This document shows, piece after piece, positions 63,428 to 64,000 of a DNA stretch of 64,000 nucleotides (positions are counted from its first letter, which is position 1; the number at the start of each line of letters is the position of its first letter). Origin of the DNA: an uncultured bacterium (GTDB lineage Bacteria; Acidobacteriota; HRBIN11; JAKEFK01); NCBI GenBank assembly GCA_963777505.1, contig CAVZQN010000005.1:64001-128000 (forward strand), read 5' to 3'. A program made the translations under genes and the position numbers. The notes below the pieces were generated by a model, which saw nothing but the letters and a program-made list of their open reading frames with translations, was not told the DNA's origin and searched no databases.

Positions 63428-64000
63428 ATGACAACCGGGCGTGTCCGTGTCTGCTACATAATTTTGTTCGCCCTTCTTCTTTATTCGCTCGCGATCCGGA
63501 TTCATTTAACATCGAACCGGCGTTTCAATGCGGATGAATTTCAGCATCTGCATGCCGCATGGATGGTACATTCAGGATATCTTCCCTATCGTGATTTTTG
63601 GGATAACCATACTCCATTGCTGCACTATTTTCTTGCTTCAAGTTTTCCCTTTTTTGAAGAAGGAATTCCTTTAATGATGATAGTCAGAGGAATTATGTCT
63701 ACTGTAGGACTGCTCATCATTTGGTTGACGTATCGAATAGCACGACTCGATCATGACCGGTTTACTTCATTGCTTTGCGCACTCGTTTTGAGTTTTTCAG
63801 TTCTTTTTATCCAAAAAACGATTGAAATTCGGCCGGATCAATTTCTTGTTATCTTATGGTTAGCCAGTTTCTGGATTTGCCTCCGCTCCTTCCGTTTAAG
63901 AAAAAACGGAATCCATTTGATTGCCGCCGGAGCGTTGCTGGGAATGGGCATGCTGTTTACACCAAAAGCCCTTTTATGCTTTGCAGCTGTTACGTTGACC
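63428..64000 (+). CDS. GT-C / glycosyltransferase family 39-like protein, partial (runs off window; not in ORF track)
   Basis: Manual translation: MTTGRVRVCYII...DEFQHLHAAW..GYLPYRDFWDNHTPL...EIRPD...FTPK. Confidence 0.85.
   Translation, partial: MTTGRVRVCYIILFALLLYSLAIRIHLTSNRRFNADEFQHLHAAWMVHSGYLPYRDFWDNHTPLLHYFLASSFPFFEEGIPLMMIVRGIMSTVGLLIIWLTYRIARLDHDRFTSLLCALVLSFSVLFIQKTIEIRPDQFLVILWLASFWICLRSFRLRKNGIHLIAAGALLGMGMLFTPKALLCFAAVTLT

Overview
A gene-dense bacterial chromosomal segment of moderate GC. It looks Acidobacteria-like (inference from a VWFA-related protein, paralogous Ser/Thr kinase-TolB-TPR genes, a tricorn protease and many GT-C membrane glycosyltransferases). I found no rRNA, tRNA, CRISPR array, integrase or transposase. 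In order, it holds: an ECF sigma/zinc anti-sigma pair; an ECF42-type sigma/YciI operon with two matching promoter motifs; two paralogous Zn-ribbon/ankyrin/TM/TPR genes, one with an 18-unit 15-bp tandem repeat; assorted enzymes; an ArsR-methyltransferase-DUF5916 operon; kinase-TPR genes; and a glycosylation cluster at the right end. The most unusual region is 47.5-54.6 kb. Two back-to-back sigma54 promoters share a central palindrome and a 10-bp motif near their start sites. They drive two large proteins without signal peptides: a 1258-aa protein with annexin-like repeats and a translocator-like hydrophobic region, and a 696-aa peptidoglycan-binding protein with a papain-fold Cys-His-Asn triad, followed by an FGE-sulfatase-fold gene. 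This may be an undescribed secreted effector/translocator module; a small orphan at 39.4 kb has similar traits. Several genes have single-base frameshifts, mostly in short homopolymers, most likely sequencing errors.
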